Assembly: GCA_034722095.1 (NCBI GenBank)
Contig: JAYENM010000344.1
Coordinates: forward strand, 1 to 32,748
Length of the DNA: 32,748 nt
Direction of reading: 5' to 3'
Source: a candidate division WOR-3 bacterium
GTDB lineage: Bacteria; Hydrothermota; UBA3073
Under the pieces are notes generated by a model. The model ran no database searches. It saw only the letters and a list, made by a program, of their open reading frames with translations, and was not told where the DNA came from. The translations under genes were made by a program, and so were the position numbers. Shown piece by piece: positions 18,072-26,837 of this stretch (position 1 is its first letter; each line of letters begins with the position of its first letter).

Positions 18072-18294
18072 GACCACAGACTACAGACTGCAGACCATAG
18101 ACAGAAAAACAGTAGAAAGTAGGCAGTAAGCAGTATGTACAAAAAGGAAAACTAAGGACCTTTGTTTCCATTGAATTGGAAATCCTTCAATGTCTCTTGC
18201 CTGCCTACGGTAGGCAGGCAAGTCCCGTCCAAATCCCTGTCCATTCCATACGGATCCTGCCCATACGGGTCTTGAGACGGAACGGATCTTGAGA
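18071..18294. repeat. Heptamer runs, CCTGCC palindrome and triple-nested CCATACGG element
   Basis: AGACCACAGACTACAGACTGCAGACCATAGAC; CCTGCCTACGGTAGGCAGG 18200-18218; nested copies 18240-18294. Confidence 0.8.
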
Positions 18295-18381
18295 TTATAG
18301 AACACCTTCGTCTCTGGAAAAATATCCAGAGACCTCTGATTAGAGATTTCTACACTTTTTCAGAAATCTCCCAAAAACTTC

Positions 18382-18410
18382 TTGACATTCTATAAAATAG
18401 ATGGTAAAAT
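18382..18410 (+). promoter_or_regulatory. Sigma70 promoter for the GH57 gene
   Basis: TTGACA 18382-18387, 17 nt, TGn + TAAAAT 18405-18410. Confidence 0.8.
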
Positions 18411-18447
18411 TACAAAAAAGGAACCGGTCCATTTTCGGGGAGGTATA

Positions 18448-20181
18448 ATGTGGTGTAAGAAATTTATCTTGTTTGTTTTCGTGGGAGGAATTATGGGAAG
18501 TAGTTTTGTGAGGGCAGAAGAGATAGAGAAACCTCCTTTGTGTTTAGCAATACTCTGGCATCAGCATCAACCCCTGTATGCCAAAGAACCAGAGAGTGGT
18601 TTATATGCTAAGCCCTGGGTAAGAATGCACGCCGTTAAAGATTATTATGATATGGCAAACATATTGGGAAAATATCCCCAAATTCACCAGACCTTTAATC
18701 TTACGCCTTCTCTGATTATCCAATTGGAAGATATAATTAGCGGTGGGCAAGATAAATATTTTTATCTTTCCCAGAAAAGGGCAAGCGAACTCAGCCGTGA
18801 GGATAAGAAATTTATTCTCTCGAGATTTTTTGATATTTACCAGAAGACTCTGCTTGAACCCTATTCTCGTTATAAAGAACTTTTAGAGAAGAGGGGACGT
18901 GTTATATCTTCAAAGACACTGGAGCAAAAAATAGGTGAGTTTACTACCCAGGACTATCTTGATTTGCAAGTGTGGTTTAATCTCGCCTGGCTGGATCCGG
19001 ATTTAAAAAAAGAAGAGTCAATCCGATTTATACTGGACAAGAGTAGAAACTTCACCGAGGAAGAGAAAAATATCATACTAAAGAAACATCTGGAGATTCT
19101 GAAAATGATTATTCCGGAACATAAGAAGCTTCAAAATAAAGCTCAGATTGAAATAACCTTTACTCCCTTTTATCACCCCATACTTCCCCTCATCTATGAT
19201 ACCGATCTAGGAAAGAGGAGTGCACCGGAAATATCCCTGCCCCGGGAAAGATTTTCTTATCCCGAAGATGCTCAAGCTCAGGTTTTAAAGGGAATAGAAC
19301 TCTATAAGAAATACTTTGGAAGAGAACCACTCGGAATGTGGCCCAGTGAGTCGGCGGTATCCCAGGAGGTAGTCGATATAATCGCTGGCGCGGGAGTTAA
19401 ATGGATAGCCACCGATGAATGCGTTCTTGAGAAATCATTGAATATAAAGATTGAAAGAGATGCCGGAGGGAATATCCTTAATCCAGAATTGTTGTGTCAA
19501 CCCTATGTTTGCGAAAGAAGAGGCAAGACTTTATCGGTAATTTTCCGGGAGAGATCTATACTTGATTTATGGGGGAAGCATCCGCGGATGAAGGCAGAAG
19601 AAGCGGCTCAGGATATTATCGATAGATTACACAATATCTATGCGAGATTACCAAAAGACAAGCCCTATTTAGTGACACTTGCCTCAGATGGTGAAAATGC
19701 CTGGGAATTTTTCTCTGACGATGGAAAAGAATTTTTGAATGCCCTCTATTCTAAATTATCCCGCGACCAGATAATAAAGACCATTACCCCCTCAGAATAT
19801 CTAAAGAAGTATCCTCCGGAGAAAAAGATTGAGAATCTCTGGGGTGGCTCCTGGATGGGACCGAACTTTAATATCTGGATTGGTGAAGGGGAAGAGAATC
19901 TCGCCTGGGAATATTTGGGTAAAACCAGAAAGGACCTTGAAGTATATAAAAAGGGTGGAGAAGCTGAACCCGATAAACTGGTTCAAGCTTTTGAAGAGAT
20001 CTATGCAGCTGAAGGAAGTGACTGGTTCTGGTGGTATGGAGAAGATATGAATTCTGGCGATGACGAAGGATTTGATTTGATGTTTAGAAACACACTGAAA
20101 AACGTTTATAAAATTATCGGCAAGAAAATACCGGGATTTTTAGAAGTTCCGATAGTAAAATCGAGAGAAGAACAGGGCTGA
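18448..20181 (+). CDS. Secreted glycoside hydrolase family 57 (amylopullulanase-like)
   Basis: Signal peptide from ATG 18448 (RBS GGAGG); WHQHQP, PWVRMHAVKDY, HPILPL, GMWPSE (nucleophile), DGENAWE (acid/base), AEGSDWFWWYG. Confidence 0.93.
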   Translation: MWCKKFILFVFVGGIMGSSFVRAEEIEKPPLCLAILWHQHQPLYAKEPESGLYAKPWVRMHAVKDYYDMANILGKYPQIHQTFNLTPSLIIQLEDIISGGQDKYFYLSQKRASELSREDKKFILSRFFDIYQKTLLEPYSRYKELLEKRGRVISSKTLEQKIGEFTTQDYLDLQVWFNLAWLDPDLKKEESIRFILDKSRNFTEEEKNIILKKHLEILKMIIPEHKKLQNKAQIEITFTPFYHPILPLIYDTDLGKRSAPEISLPRERFSYPEDAQAQVLKGIELYKKYFGREPLGMWPSESAVSQEVVDIIAGAGVKWIATDECVLEKSLNIKIERDAGGNILNPELLCQPYVCERRGKTLSVIFRERSILDLWGKHPRMKAEEAAQDIIDRLHNIYARLPKDKPYLVTLASDGENAWEFFSDDGKEFLNALYSKLSRDQIIKTITPSEYLKKYPPEKKIENLWGGSWMGPNFNIWIGEGEENLAWEYLGKTRKDLEVYKKGGEAEPDKLVQAFEEIYAAEGSDWFWWYGEDMNSGDDEGFDLMFRNTLKNVYKIIGKKIPGFLEVPIVKSREEQG

Positions 20182-20362
20182 AGGCCAAAGTGATTTGCCT
20201 GGAGTATCGGGAGCTTTTGGCTCCAGAAGCCAACAAATTCGTAGATTCAATTTTTAAAGACAGTGAAACCGTAAAGAGTAAGATAAAAAGATAAATTATA
20301 AACACGCAGATCAATTATAATGGAACATTAGGTAGTGTCAAATAGAATATGAAAAACCACAG

Positions 20363-20832
20363 TCATACGACCCGTCCCTGTGGATCCGTATGGATATGAG
20401 AGGTCATTCACCCCGTTAGATGTTTACTATCTAACGGGGCAGGGAGTAAATTTAATTCCCCCGCCAGAGGCGGGGCAGGTCTGTGCTCTCCAAAAATGTC
20501 CGTTAGCTAACGGATATAATTTTACAAGGATTTTAAGAGGCGGTAGGGACAGGGCTTGTCCCTGTCCGAAAACACTATTCCTGTCTAACGGACAACCACT
20601 CACAGAGCCGTATGGCAAGGGTTGTCCCTACAAATTCTTTTTCAATCTCTGTTTTAACTAATAAATTTCAATGTACAAAGGTTAAAAGATGGGATAAAAA
20701 GGTTGGTCTTATCCGTGCGGATCCGTATGGATAAGAGGTCATTCACCCCGCCAGAGGCGGGGCAGGGAGGGGATGGGTAAAAATCTTCTGCGAGGCTTTA
20801 TTACTCTATAATCCTCTGTGCTCTCTGTGGTT
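20363..20832. repeat. Repeat-dense spacer: two GGATCC palindromes, three CCCCG..CGGGGCAGG palindromes, TCCGTTAGCTAACGGA, and a GTAG REP doublet
   Basis: 20375-20394, 20712-20731; 20411-20445, 20458-20479, 20746-20768; REPs GTAGGGACAGGGCTTGTCCCTGTCCG 20543-20568 and CGGACAACC..AAGGGTTGTCCCTAC 20589-20631. Confidence 0.85.
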
Positions 20833-20872
20833 CGATTTTTGACAATACTGAGATATGAAAAGGGAGATAAAA

Positions 20873-21343
20873 ATGAAAACATTAATAATTTACAAATCAG
20901 TACACCATGGCAATACTGAAAAAATTGCCAAAGTAATGGCCGAGATCCTTAACGCAGAATTGGTAAAACCAAGCGAAGTAGATATAGCTACCCTTTCAAA
21001 ATATGACTTAATTGGTTTTGGCTCGGGAATTTATCATGGCAAACATCATAAAAGTCTGTTTGAGGTTATTAACAAATTAAACAATCAAAAAGGCAAGAAG
21101 GCATTTATTTTTTCGACTAGTGGGATAAAAAAGGTGCGTTTTTTCCACGAGTTTGACAAGCCATTGAAGAGAAAATTATTGGAAAAGGGTTTTCGTACAA
21201 TCGGAGAGTTTAATTGTAGGGGTTGGGATACATATCCTTTCTGGGTAAAACTCTTTGGTGGAGTAAATAAAGGCAGACCTAACGAAGAAGACCTGGAGAA
21301 TGCAAGAAGTTTTGCGAAATATTTGAAAAGGATGTCTGGATAG
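20873..21343 (+). CDS. Flavodoxin family protein
   Basis: YKSVHHGNTEKIA, DLIGFGSGIY, FIFSTSG, GRPNEEDL; ATG 20873 follows GGGAG. Confidence 0.9.
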   Translation: MKTLIIYKSVHHGNTEKIAKVMAEILNAELVKPSEVDIATLSKYDLIGFGSGIYHGKHHKSLFEVINKLNNQKGKKAFIFSTSGIKKVRFFHEFDKPLKRKLLEKGFRTIGEFNCRGWDTYPFWVKLFGGVNKGRPNEEDLENARSFAKYLKRMSG

Positions 21344-21359
21344 AACTAAAGGAGGAGAT

Positions 21360-22325
21360 ATGGAAATCAAGGAAATAAGGTTAGAGGAATTATTGCCTGA
21401 AAAGTTTATAGAAGAGAAGGTGAAAGAGATTTCTTCTACTGTCGGCAATGGTTTGGCTATCAACGCTCTATCTGGTGGCGTTGATTCTTCTACTGTGACC
21501 ATGTTAGGTCACAGGGCCTTAGGTGATAGACTCAAAACACATTTCGTTAGCAACGGTTTAATGAGAGAAAAAGAACCAGAATACATCGTATCCCTGTTTC
21601 AAAATTGGGGGGTAAAGGTTGAACTTGTCAATGCAGAAGAAACTTTCTTTGACGCATTAAAAGGTGTCACTGATCCGGAGGAGAAACGAGAGGCTATAAC
21701 TCAGGCATTTTACAAGGATGTCTTTGGCAAACTGGTAAAAGAAAGCGGTGCAAAGTATCTTTTGCAGGGGACAAATTACACGGATGTTGAAGAAACTGTT
21801 GCAGGAATTAAAAGACAACATAATATTCTCGAGCAACTTGGAATCAACCCGGAAAAGGTATATGGATATAAGGTCATAGAACCATTAATCCAACTCAGAA
21901 AATCAGCAATAAGAAAAGTTGCGAAGGCATTGGGGCTTCCAGAAGAGATATATAATAGACCGCCTTTCCCGGGTCCTGCCCTGGCAGCAAGAATAATAGG
22001 AGAAGTTACACCCGAGAGAGTAGCGATTGTTAGAAAAGCTACGAGAATTGTTGAAGATGAATTACACAGTACAGGTGCATTTCAATATCTGGCAATTCTG
22101 CATCAGGACAAAGTTACAGGGCTGAGAGAAGGCAAGAGAGATTATGGCATGCAAATAGAAATAAGATGTTGGGATAGCAAAGATGCGGTTACTGGTTCAC
22201 CAACAAGACTGTCTTACGACATCTTGGATAGATTGGCGGAGAGAATAACTAAAGAAGTGGCAGGTGTTGTGAGTGTTACTTATAATATAACCCCCAAACC
22301 TCCTTCAACTATGGAAGCGGTTTAA
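21360..22325 (+). CDS. guaA: GMP synthase ATP-pyrophosphatase subunit (stand-alone, no GATase domain)
   Basis: PP-loop LSGGVDSS, TDPEEKR, LLQGT..D, IKRQHN, EPL, PFPGPALAAR, ITPKPPSTME; RBS AAGGAGG. Confidence 0.9.
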   Translation: MEIKEIRLEELLPEKFIEEKVKEISSTVGNGLAINALSGGVDSSTVTMLGHRALGDRLKTHFVSNGLMREKEPEYIVSLFQNWGVKVELVNAEETFFDALKGVTDPEEKREAITQAFYKDVFGKLVKESGAKYLLQGTNYTDVEETVAGIKRQHNILEQLGINPEKVYGYKVIEPLIQLRKSAIRKVAKALGLPEEIYNRPPFPGPALAARIIGEVTPERVAIVRKATRIVEDELHSTGAFQYLAILHQDKVTGLREGKRDYGMQIEIRCWDSKDAVTGSPTRLSYDILDRLAERITKEVAGVVSVTYNITPKPPSTMEAV

Positions 22326-22342
22326 TGAAGGTCACCACCAAA

Positions 22343-22392
22343 GTGGGAGTTTCCAAACCCCGATTATTGTCGAGACTGGAAGTCTCTCCCAC
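22343..22392. repeat. GTGG-type REP-like doublet between convergent genes
   Basis: GTGGGAGTTTCCA..CGA / TCGAGACTGGAAGTCTCTCCCAC; related half-site at ~23550-23573. Confidence 0.55.
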
Positions 22393-22503
22393 ATTCGGTA
22401 GGCAGTTATCCGCAATCAGTTATTAGTGTCATACGCCGTCCAGAGAGAAAAATTTTTGTGATTTTCGTGCCCTTCGTGGGCTAAGGAATTAAGGTAAAAT
22501 TGT

Positions 22504-23337
22504 TTACTGCCCCAAAGATCTGGCGAGTTCTCTTGCTCTGTAGGAACTTCTTACAAGCGGGCCGGATGCCGCTCCTCTGAATCCAAGTTCCTTTGCGATT
22601 ATTTTAATATCGTCAAATTCCTCAAGGGGAAGGTACCTATTTACCTTTACCTTCCCTCCGGGTGGTCTTATGTATTGACCTACTGTAACAATATCAACTC
22701 CCACATCTCGCAGGTCCTTCATAAGCCCTATTACCTCATCCATTCCCTCGCCAAGTCCAACCATAAAGCCCGATTTTGTTCTTGTGCCCATTTGCTTTGC
22801 CCATTCAAGCAGCTTAAGGGATCTTTTATAATTCGCCATAGGCCGAACAGTGGAATAGAGGCGGAAAACGGTCTCTATATTATGATTTAGCACATATGGC
22901 CCCTCGTCTATCACCGTTTTCAGGGCATCTCTGCTGCCTCTAAAGTCTGGAACGAGCGCCTCAACATCTGCAATATCTCTTAATGTGCTTATAGTTGAAG
23001 CAAACTGAGTTGCACCTCCGTCTGAAAGGTCATCTCGTGAGGGTGAGGTTATCACCACATAGCGAAGCCCGAGTTTTTTAACGATTTCTCTTGCCCTTTC
23101 TGGCTCCTTTTCATCAGGTGGAAATGGTTTCCCCTTTTTTACAGCACAGAACTTGCAGTTTCGGGTGCAAATACACCCGAGTATGAGGAGTGTGGCTGTC
23201 CTTCTCCCGAAGCATTCACCGATGTTGGGGCATCTCGCCTCTTCACATATTGTATGAAGCCCGAGATTCCTCAGGAGTGCTCTCATCTCATTATCCTGGG
23301 GAGAATAAGTGGTTTTTATCCATGAGGGAACTTTCAT
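22504..23337 (-). CDS. lipA: Lipoyl synthase
   Basis: CEEARCPNIGEC, CTRNCKFC, NHNIETV, TKSGFMVGLGE, GPLVRSSY. Confidence 0.97.
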   Translation of the reverse strand: MKVPSWIKTTYSPQDNEMRALLRNLGLHTICEEARCPNIGECFGRRTATLLILGCICTRNCKFCAVKKGKPFPPDEKEPERAREIVKKLGLRYVVITSPSRDDLSDGGATQFASTISTLRDIADVEALVPDFRGSRDALKTVIDEGPYVLNHNIETVFRLYSTVRPMANYKRSLKLLEWAKQMGTRTKSGFMVGLGEGMDEVIGLMKDLRDVGVDIVTVGQYIRPPGGKVKVNRYLPLEEFDDIKIIAKELGFRGAASGPLVRSSYRARELARSLGQ

Positions 23338-23339
23338 AA

Positions 23340-23609
23340 TTTAGTCATTAGGTTATTAGTCATTGGTCGTTTGTATCGTTGGGGATGCTTCGCTGTCAGA
23401 AAAGCCATCTTATGAGTATGTGGCTTTCCCTGAGCATCGTGAACCACCTTCTCTTCGTAGCTCAACACATCGAAGTCTAAGAAGCACGTCGGCAATTCAC
23501 CACAAAGGGCACAAAGAAGGACACCGAGAGATTTAAGATTTTGGTGTTATCGCGACTAAGAAGGCGCTCCCACAATAACCCAATAACCTAATGACTCAAT
23601 ATCCAATGC
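23340..23609. repeat. Spacer with inverted 8-mer runs enclosing degenerate palindromes and a CACAAAG repeat
   Basis: TTAGTCATTAGGTTATTAGTCATTGG ~23341 versus CAATAACCCAATAACCTAATGACT ~23573; CACCACAAAGGGCACAAAG ~23498. Confidence 0.7.
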
Positions 23610-24320
23610 CTAACCTATTGCAAGTCCTAAGGCAGTTGAGAGATAATTACTCTTTTGCACTGCATCAGGATTGAGTGGATAAATCCGTCTTAAAGGACGC
23701 ATGACTTCAACGGATATTCCTGTTTGTTCTTCAAGTCCGAGAACCCTCTCAACCTTCCCTGTCACCATAATCCCCTTGATATTCTTGAAATATGCAACTC
23801 TCTTCTTGAGTTCATCCTGCACAGAGACTTTAACTGGTATATATGCACCATAGTACCCATCATAGGCGAGGTTGAGGACATTTTCTTTTATATCACAGAG
23901 AAGGTATCGTTCTCTTCCAGGATAAGAGAATTGAAATATCTTATGAAGGGCGTTAAGGTCAATATCCACAAAATCGGGGCTCCTTCCAATCTTTTGAAGC
24001 AGAGAGAGTGTATTTACAACATCCTCGTTGTTCTGTACAGTTGCTATAACATCCACCATTTCTTGAGAATATGCCATTTTGTGAAATCTTGCTATGTCTG
24101 TGTCTGAAAGCTCTATGTAATACTTCAATTCTTCATTTAAGAGGTCTTTGGGGGCAGTAAATCTCGCTATTCTTCCCTTTGTACAGGTTATAACCCTTCC
24201 TTCGCCTATTCTGTCTTTTAATTTCTCAAATTCAGTTGTCACAAAAAAATCCTTCAGGATATATCCCTGAAGGCAGACAAGAACGATAGGTGGTCCAGGG
24301 TCTATTGCATAAGTAAGCAT
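23610..24320 (-). CDS. Divergent, shortened PilM-like (actin-fold) protein
   Basis: N-terminal AIDPG, VDIDLNAL, IMVTG, C-terminal LSTALGLAIG resemble PilM/FtsA motifs; only 236 aa. Confidence 0.55.
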   Translation of the reverse strand: MLTYAIDPGPPIVLVCLQGYILKDFFVTTEFEKLKDRIGEGRVITCTKGRIARFTAPKDLLNEELKYYIELSDTDIARFHKMAYSQEMVDVIATVQNNEDVVNTLSLLQKIGRSPDFVDIDLNALHKIFQFSYPGRERYLLCDIKENVLNLAYDGYYGAYIPVKVSVQDELKKRVAYFKNIKGIMVTGKVERVLGLEEQTGISVEVMRPLRRIYPLNPDAVQKSNYLSTALGLAIG

Positions 24321-24512
24321 AAGACAGAACTTCTATCTGCAATCCCTTTTAAAAATAGGGAGCAACAACGAAATAGATATATACAAATCTACCTGTCCAT
24401 ACGGATCCGTAGAGATCAACAGACAGGAACGGCTCGTCTGAGCTCGCCGAAGACGGTCATCTTGAGGACTGCTGATGACTCAGATTTTTGTCTCTTTCCG
24501 TTAGCTAACGGA

Positions 24513-26570
24513 TTATCGTGCTACGGCATACACCTTTCTTTGTTTATATTCTTCTTTCTTGCCTTTATTCCAGTTTTGGACAGGACGATAGTAGCCCACT
24601 ACTCGTGAATATACTTCTGTCTGCTTGCCACACATGGGACAGGTGTAATGCTCTCCTCTTATGTATCCATGTTCCTCACATATAGAGAATGTGGGTGTCA
24701 TAGAAAAGTATGGGACTCTGAAGTTCTCCGCGATTCTTTTCACAAGAGTTGCGCAGGCGTCCTCATCGTCTATCTCTTCGCCGAGGTATACATGTATGAC
24801 TGTCCCACCCGTATATTTTGACTGCAGGCCCTCTTGCAGTATAAATGCTTCGAATATGTCGTCTGTATAGCCTACGGGAAGCATCGTAGAGTTGGTATAA
24901 TAAGGTGCCTCTTTTCCCTGCGTGATTATATTGGGGAATTTCTGTTTGTCTATCCTTGCGAGACGATAGGCAGTTCCCTCTGCTGGTGTTGCCTCAAGGT
25001 TGTATATGTTCCCTGTCTCTTCCTGAAAATCCGATAGTTTCAGAAGCATAAAATCGAGAACCTTCTCTGCAAAGGCTGTTCCTCTTTCGCTTCCTATATC
25101 CTCTCCAAACAGATTCAGACAGGCCTCGTTCATTCCAACAAGCCCTATGGTGGAGAAATGGTTTGCAAGTGTGCCAAGGTATCTCTTCGTATAAGGCAAA
25201 AGTCCTCTTCGTATATTCTGTTCAACAACTCTGCGCTTTAGTTCAAGTGAATCCCTTGCGAGTTCCATAAGAGATGACAGTCTTTCAAGGAATTCGTCCT
25301 CACTCTTTGACATGTAACCAAGCCTCGGCATATTTATGGTCACCACACCCACAGAACCGGTTGAATCTCCTGAACCGAACAGCCCTCCTGTAACATTTCT
25401 TCTGAGTTCTCTCAGATCTAGCCGTAGTCTGCAGCACATACTCCGCACATCGGATGGATTGAGATTCGAGGAAATAAAATTGGAAAAGTAAGGAAGCCCG
25501 TACTTGGATGTTGCTTTAAATAGGATGTGCGCGTTCTCACTATCCCAGTTAAAGTCAGGGGTAAGATTGTATGTAGGTATGGGAAAGGTAAATATCCTCC
25601 CCTTATTATCTCCTTTAAGCATAATCTCAAGGAATGCCTTGTTTATCATGTCCGCCTCTTTCTGAAACTCACCGTAGTATCCGAAACCTGATGAATACTT
25701 CCCATCTATGGTGACCTTTTGATCCTTCAGATCCTCTGGAATTGTAAAGTCAAATGTGAGATTTACAAACGGGGTCTGTCCGCCCCATCTTGAAGCAACA
25801 TTTACAGAGAATACAAATGTCTGGATAGCTTGATAAACATCCTCATAGGATAATCTTTCCTTTCTTACGAGTGGGGCGAGAAAGGTATCAAACGAGTTGA
25901 ATGCCATAGCACCAGCCCACTCGTTCTGAAGCGTTCCCAGAAAATTCACCATCTGTCCCAGAGCGGTCTCAAGGTGCTTCGGGGGAGATGCCTCTACCTT
26001 TCTCGGCACACCATTGAATCCTTCATAAAGCAGTTGCCGTAGTGACCATCCTGCACAGTATCCTGCAATACCCATGGAAAGATCGTGTATATGAAAGTCC
26101 CCTTCAGTGTGTGCCTTTGCAATCTCCGAAATGTATATGTTCTCGAGTGTATACCTTGCAATCATAGAACCTGCCGTGTGCATCATAAGTCCTGAAAGGG
26201 AATAGTCCGCATTCGCATTTTCCTTCATCCTCCAGTCGTCCTCTGTAAGATAACCGTTGACAGTATCGCTGACATCCATAAGGAGCTTTTCCGTCTTTCT
26301 TAACTCCGCATGTCTCTGTCTATACAGTATATATGCCTTGGCAGTATCAGCCTTGCCATCCTCAATCAAAACCTTCTCAACTATATCTTGGATGTCCTCT
26401 ATATGGGGAACCTGCTCCATCTTTTCAAGTATTTCTACAACCCTATCCGTAAGCGCCTTTGCGTCGAGTTGTTCGCCAGTAGCGCTTGCTGCCTTCAAGA
26501 TGGCATTCTGTATGCGAAATGGATTAAAAGGCACCATGTATCCATCTCTTTTTTTAACAAAATCTAGCAT
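24513..26570 (-). CDS. nrdD: Anaerobic (class III) ribonucleoside-triphosphate reductase with ATP cone
   Basis: VKKRDG..AKAYILYR ATP cone, HIHDL, RSMCCRL, EATPAEG, YTGGT, CEEHG..CPMC, glycyl radical loop YSRVVGYYRPV. Confidence 0.97.
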   Translation of the reverse strand: MLDFVKKRDGYMVPFNPFRIQNAILKAASATGEQLDAKALTDRVVEILEKMEQVPHIEDIQDIVEKVLIEDGKADTAKAYILYRQRHAELRKTEKLLMDVSDTVNGYLTEDDWRMKENANADYSLSGLMMHTAGSMIARYTLENIYISEIAKAHTEGDFHIHDLSMGIAGYCAGWSLRQLLYEGFNGVPRKVEASPPKHLETALGQMVNFLGTLQNEWAGAMAFNSFDTFLAPLVRKERLSYEDVYQAIQTFVFSVNVASRWGGQTPFVNLTFDFTIPEDLKDQKVTIDGKYSSGFGYYGEFQKEADMINKAFLEIMLKGDNKGRIFTFPIPTYNLTPDFNWDSENAHILFKATSKYGLPYFSNFISSNLNPSDVRSMCCRLRLDLRELRRNVTGGLFGSGDSTGSVGVVTINMPRLGYMSKSEDEFLERLSSLMELARDSLELKRRVVEQNIRRGLLPYTKRYLGTLANHFSTIGLVGMNEACLNLFGEDIGSERGTAFAEKVLDFMLLKLSDFQEETGNIYNLEATPAEGTAYRLARIDKQKFPNIITQGKEAPYYTNSTMLPVGYTDDIFEAFILQEGLQSKYTGGTVIHVYLGEEIDDEDACATLVKRIAENFRVPYFSMTPTFSICEEHGYIRGEHYTCPMCGKQTEVYSRVVGYYRPVQNWNKGKKEEYKQRKVYAVAR

Positions 26571-26615
26571 AAGAGCCCCCGGGTTGAAATTTTTAACTCA
26601 GTTACTTTTTATTTG

Positions 26616-26828
26616 CCACGGATTACACGGATTTTTTACCACGGAATAACACGGAATTATTATTTAAATTATCTCTTTCTCTGTGTTAATCTGTGCAATC
26701 TGTGGCTTTTTTAGACGCTGATTTACGCTGATTAACACGGATTTATTTTTAAATGTTTTTATTTCAAAGAATTAGTTTCTTTATTTATCTATGAACATCT
26801 GCGTGCATCTGCGTCCCATACGGTCCCT
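26616..26828. repeat. Two inverted pairs of 8/9-nt-period CACGGA/ACGCTGAT repeats
   Basis: CCACGGATTACACGGATT 26616-26633; AGACGCTGATTTACGCTGATTA 26713-26734 is identical to 4801-4822; CATCTGCGTGCATCTGCGTC ~26796. Confidence 0.8.
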
Positions 26829-26837
26829 TTAACAGAG

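Noticed and set aside
18382-18447. TTG start extending the GH57 ORF
   Set aside because: The TTG is part of the -35 box; ATG 18448 has an RBS and begins a signal peptide.
20380-20661. ORFs 20380-20661 and 20427-20618
   Set aside because: Composed almost entirely of stacked palindromic repeats.
9533-24415. GGATCC repeats as BamHI cloning or adaptor artefacts
   Set aside because: Copies are diverged, strictly intergenic and nested in other repeats, which a ligation artefact would not produce; read-level checking is still advisable.
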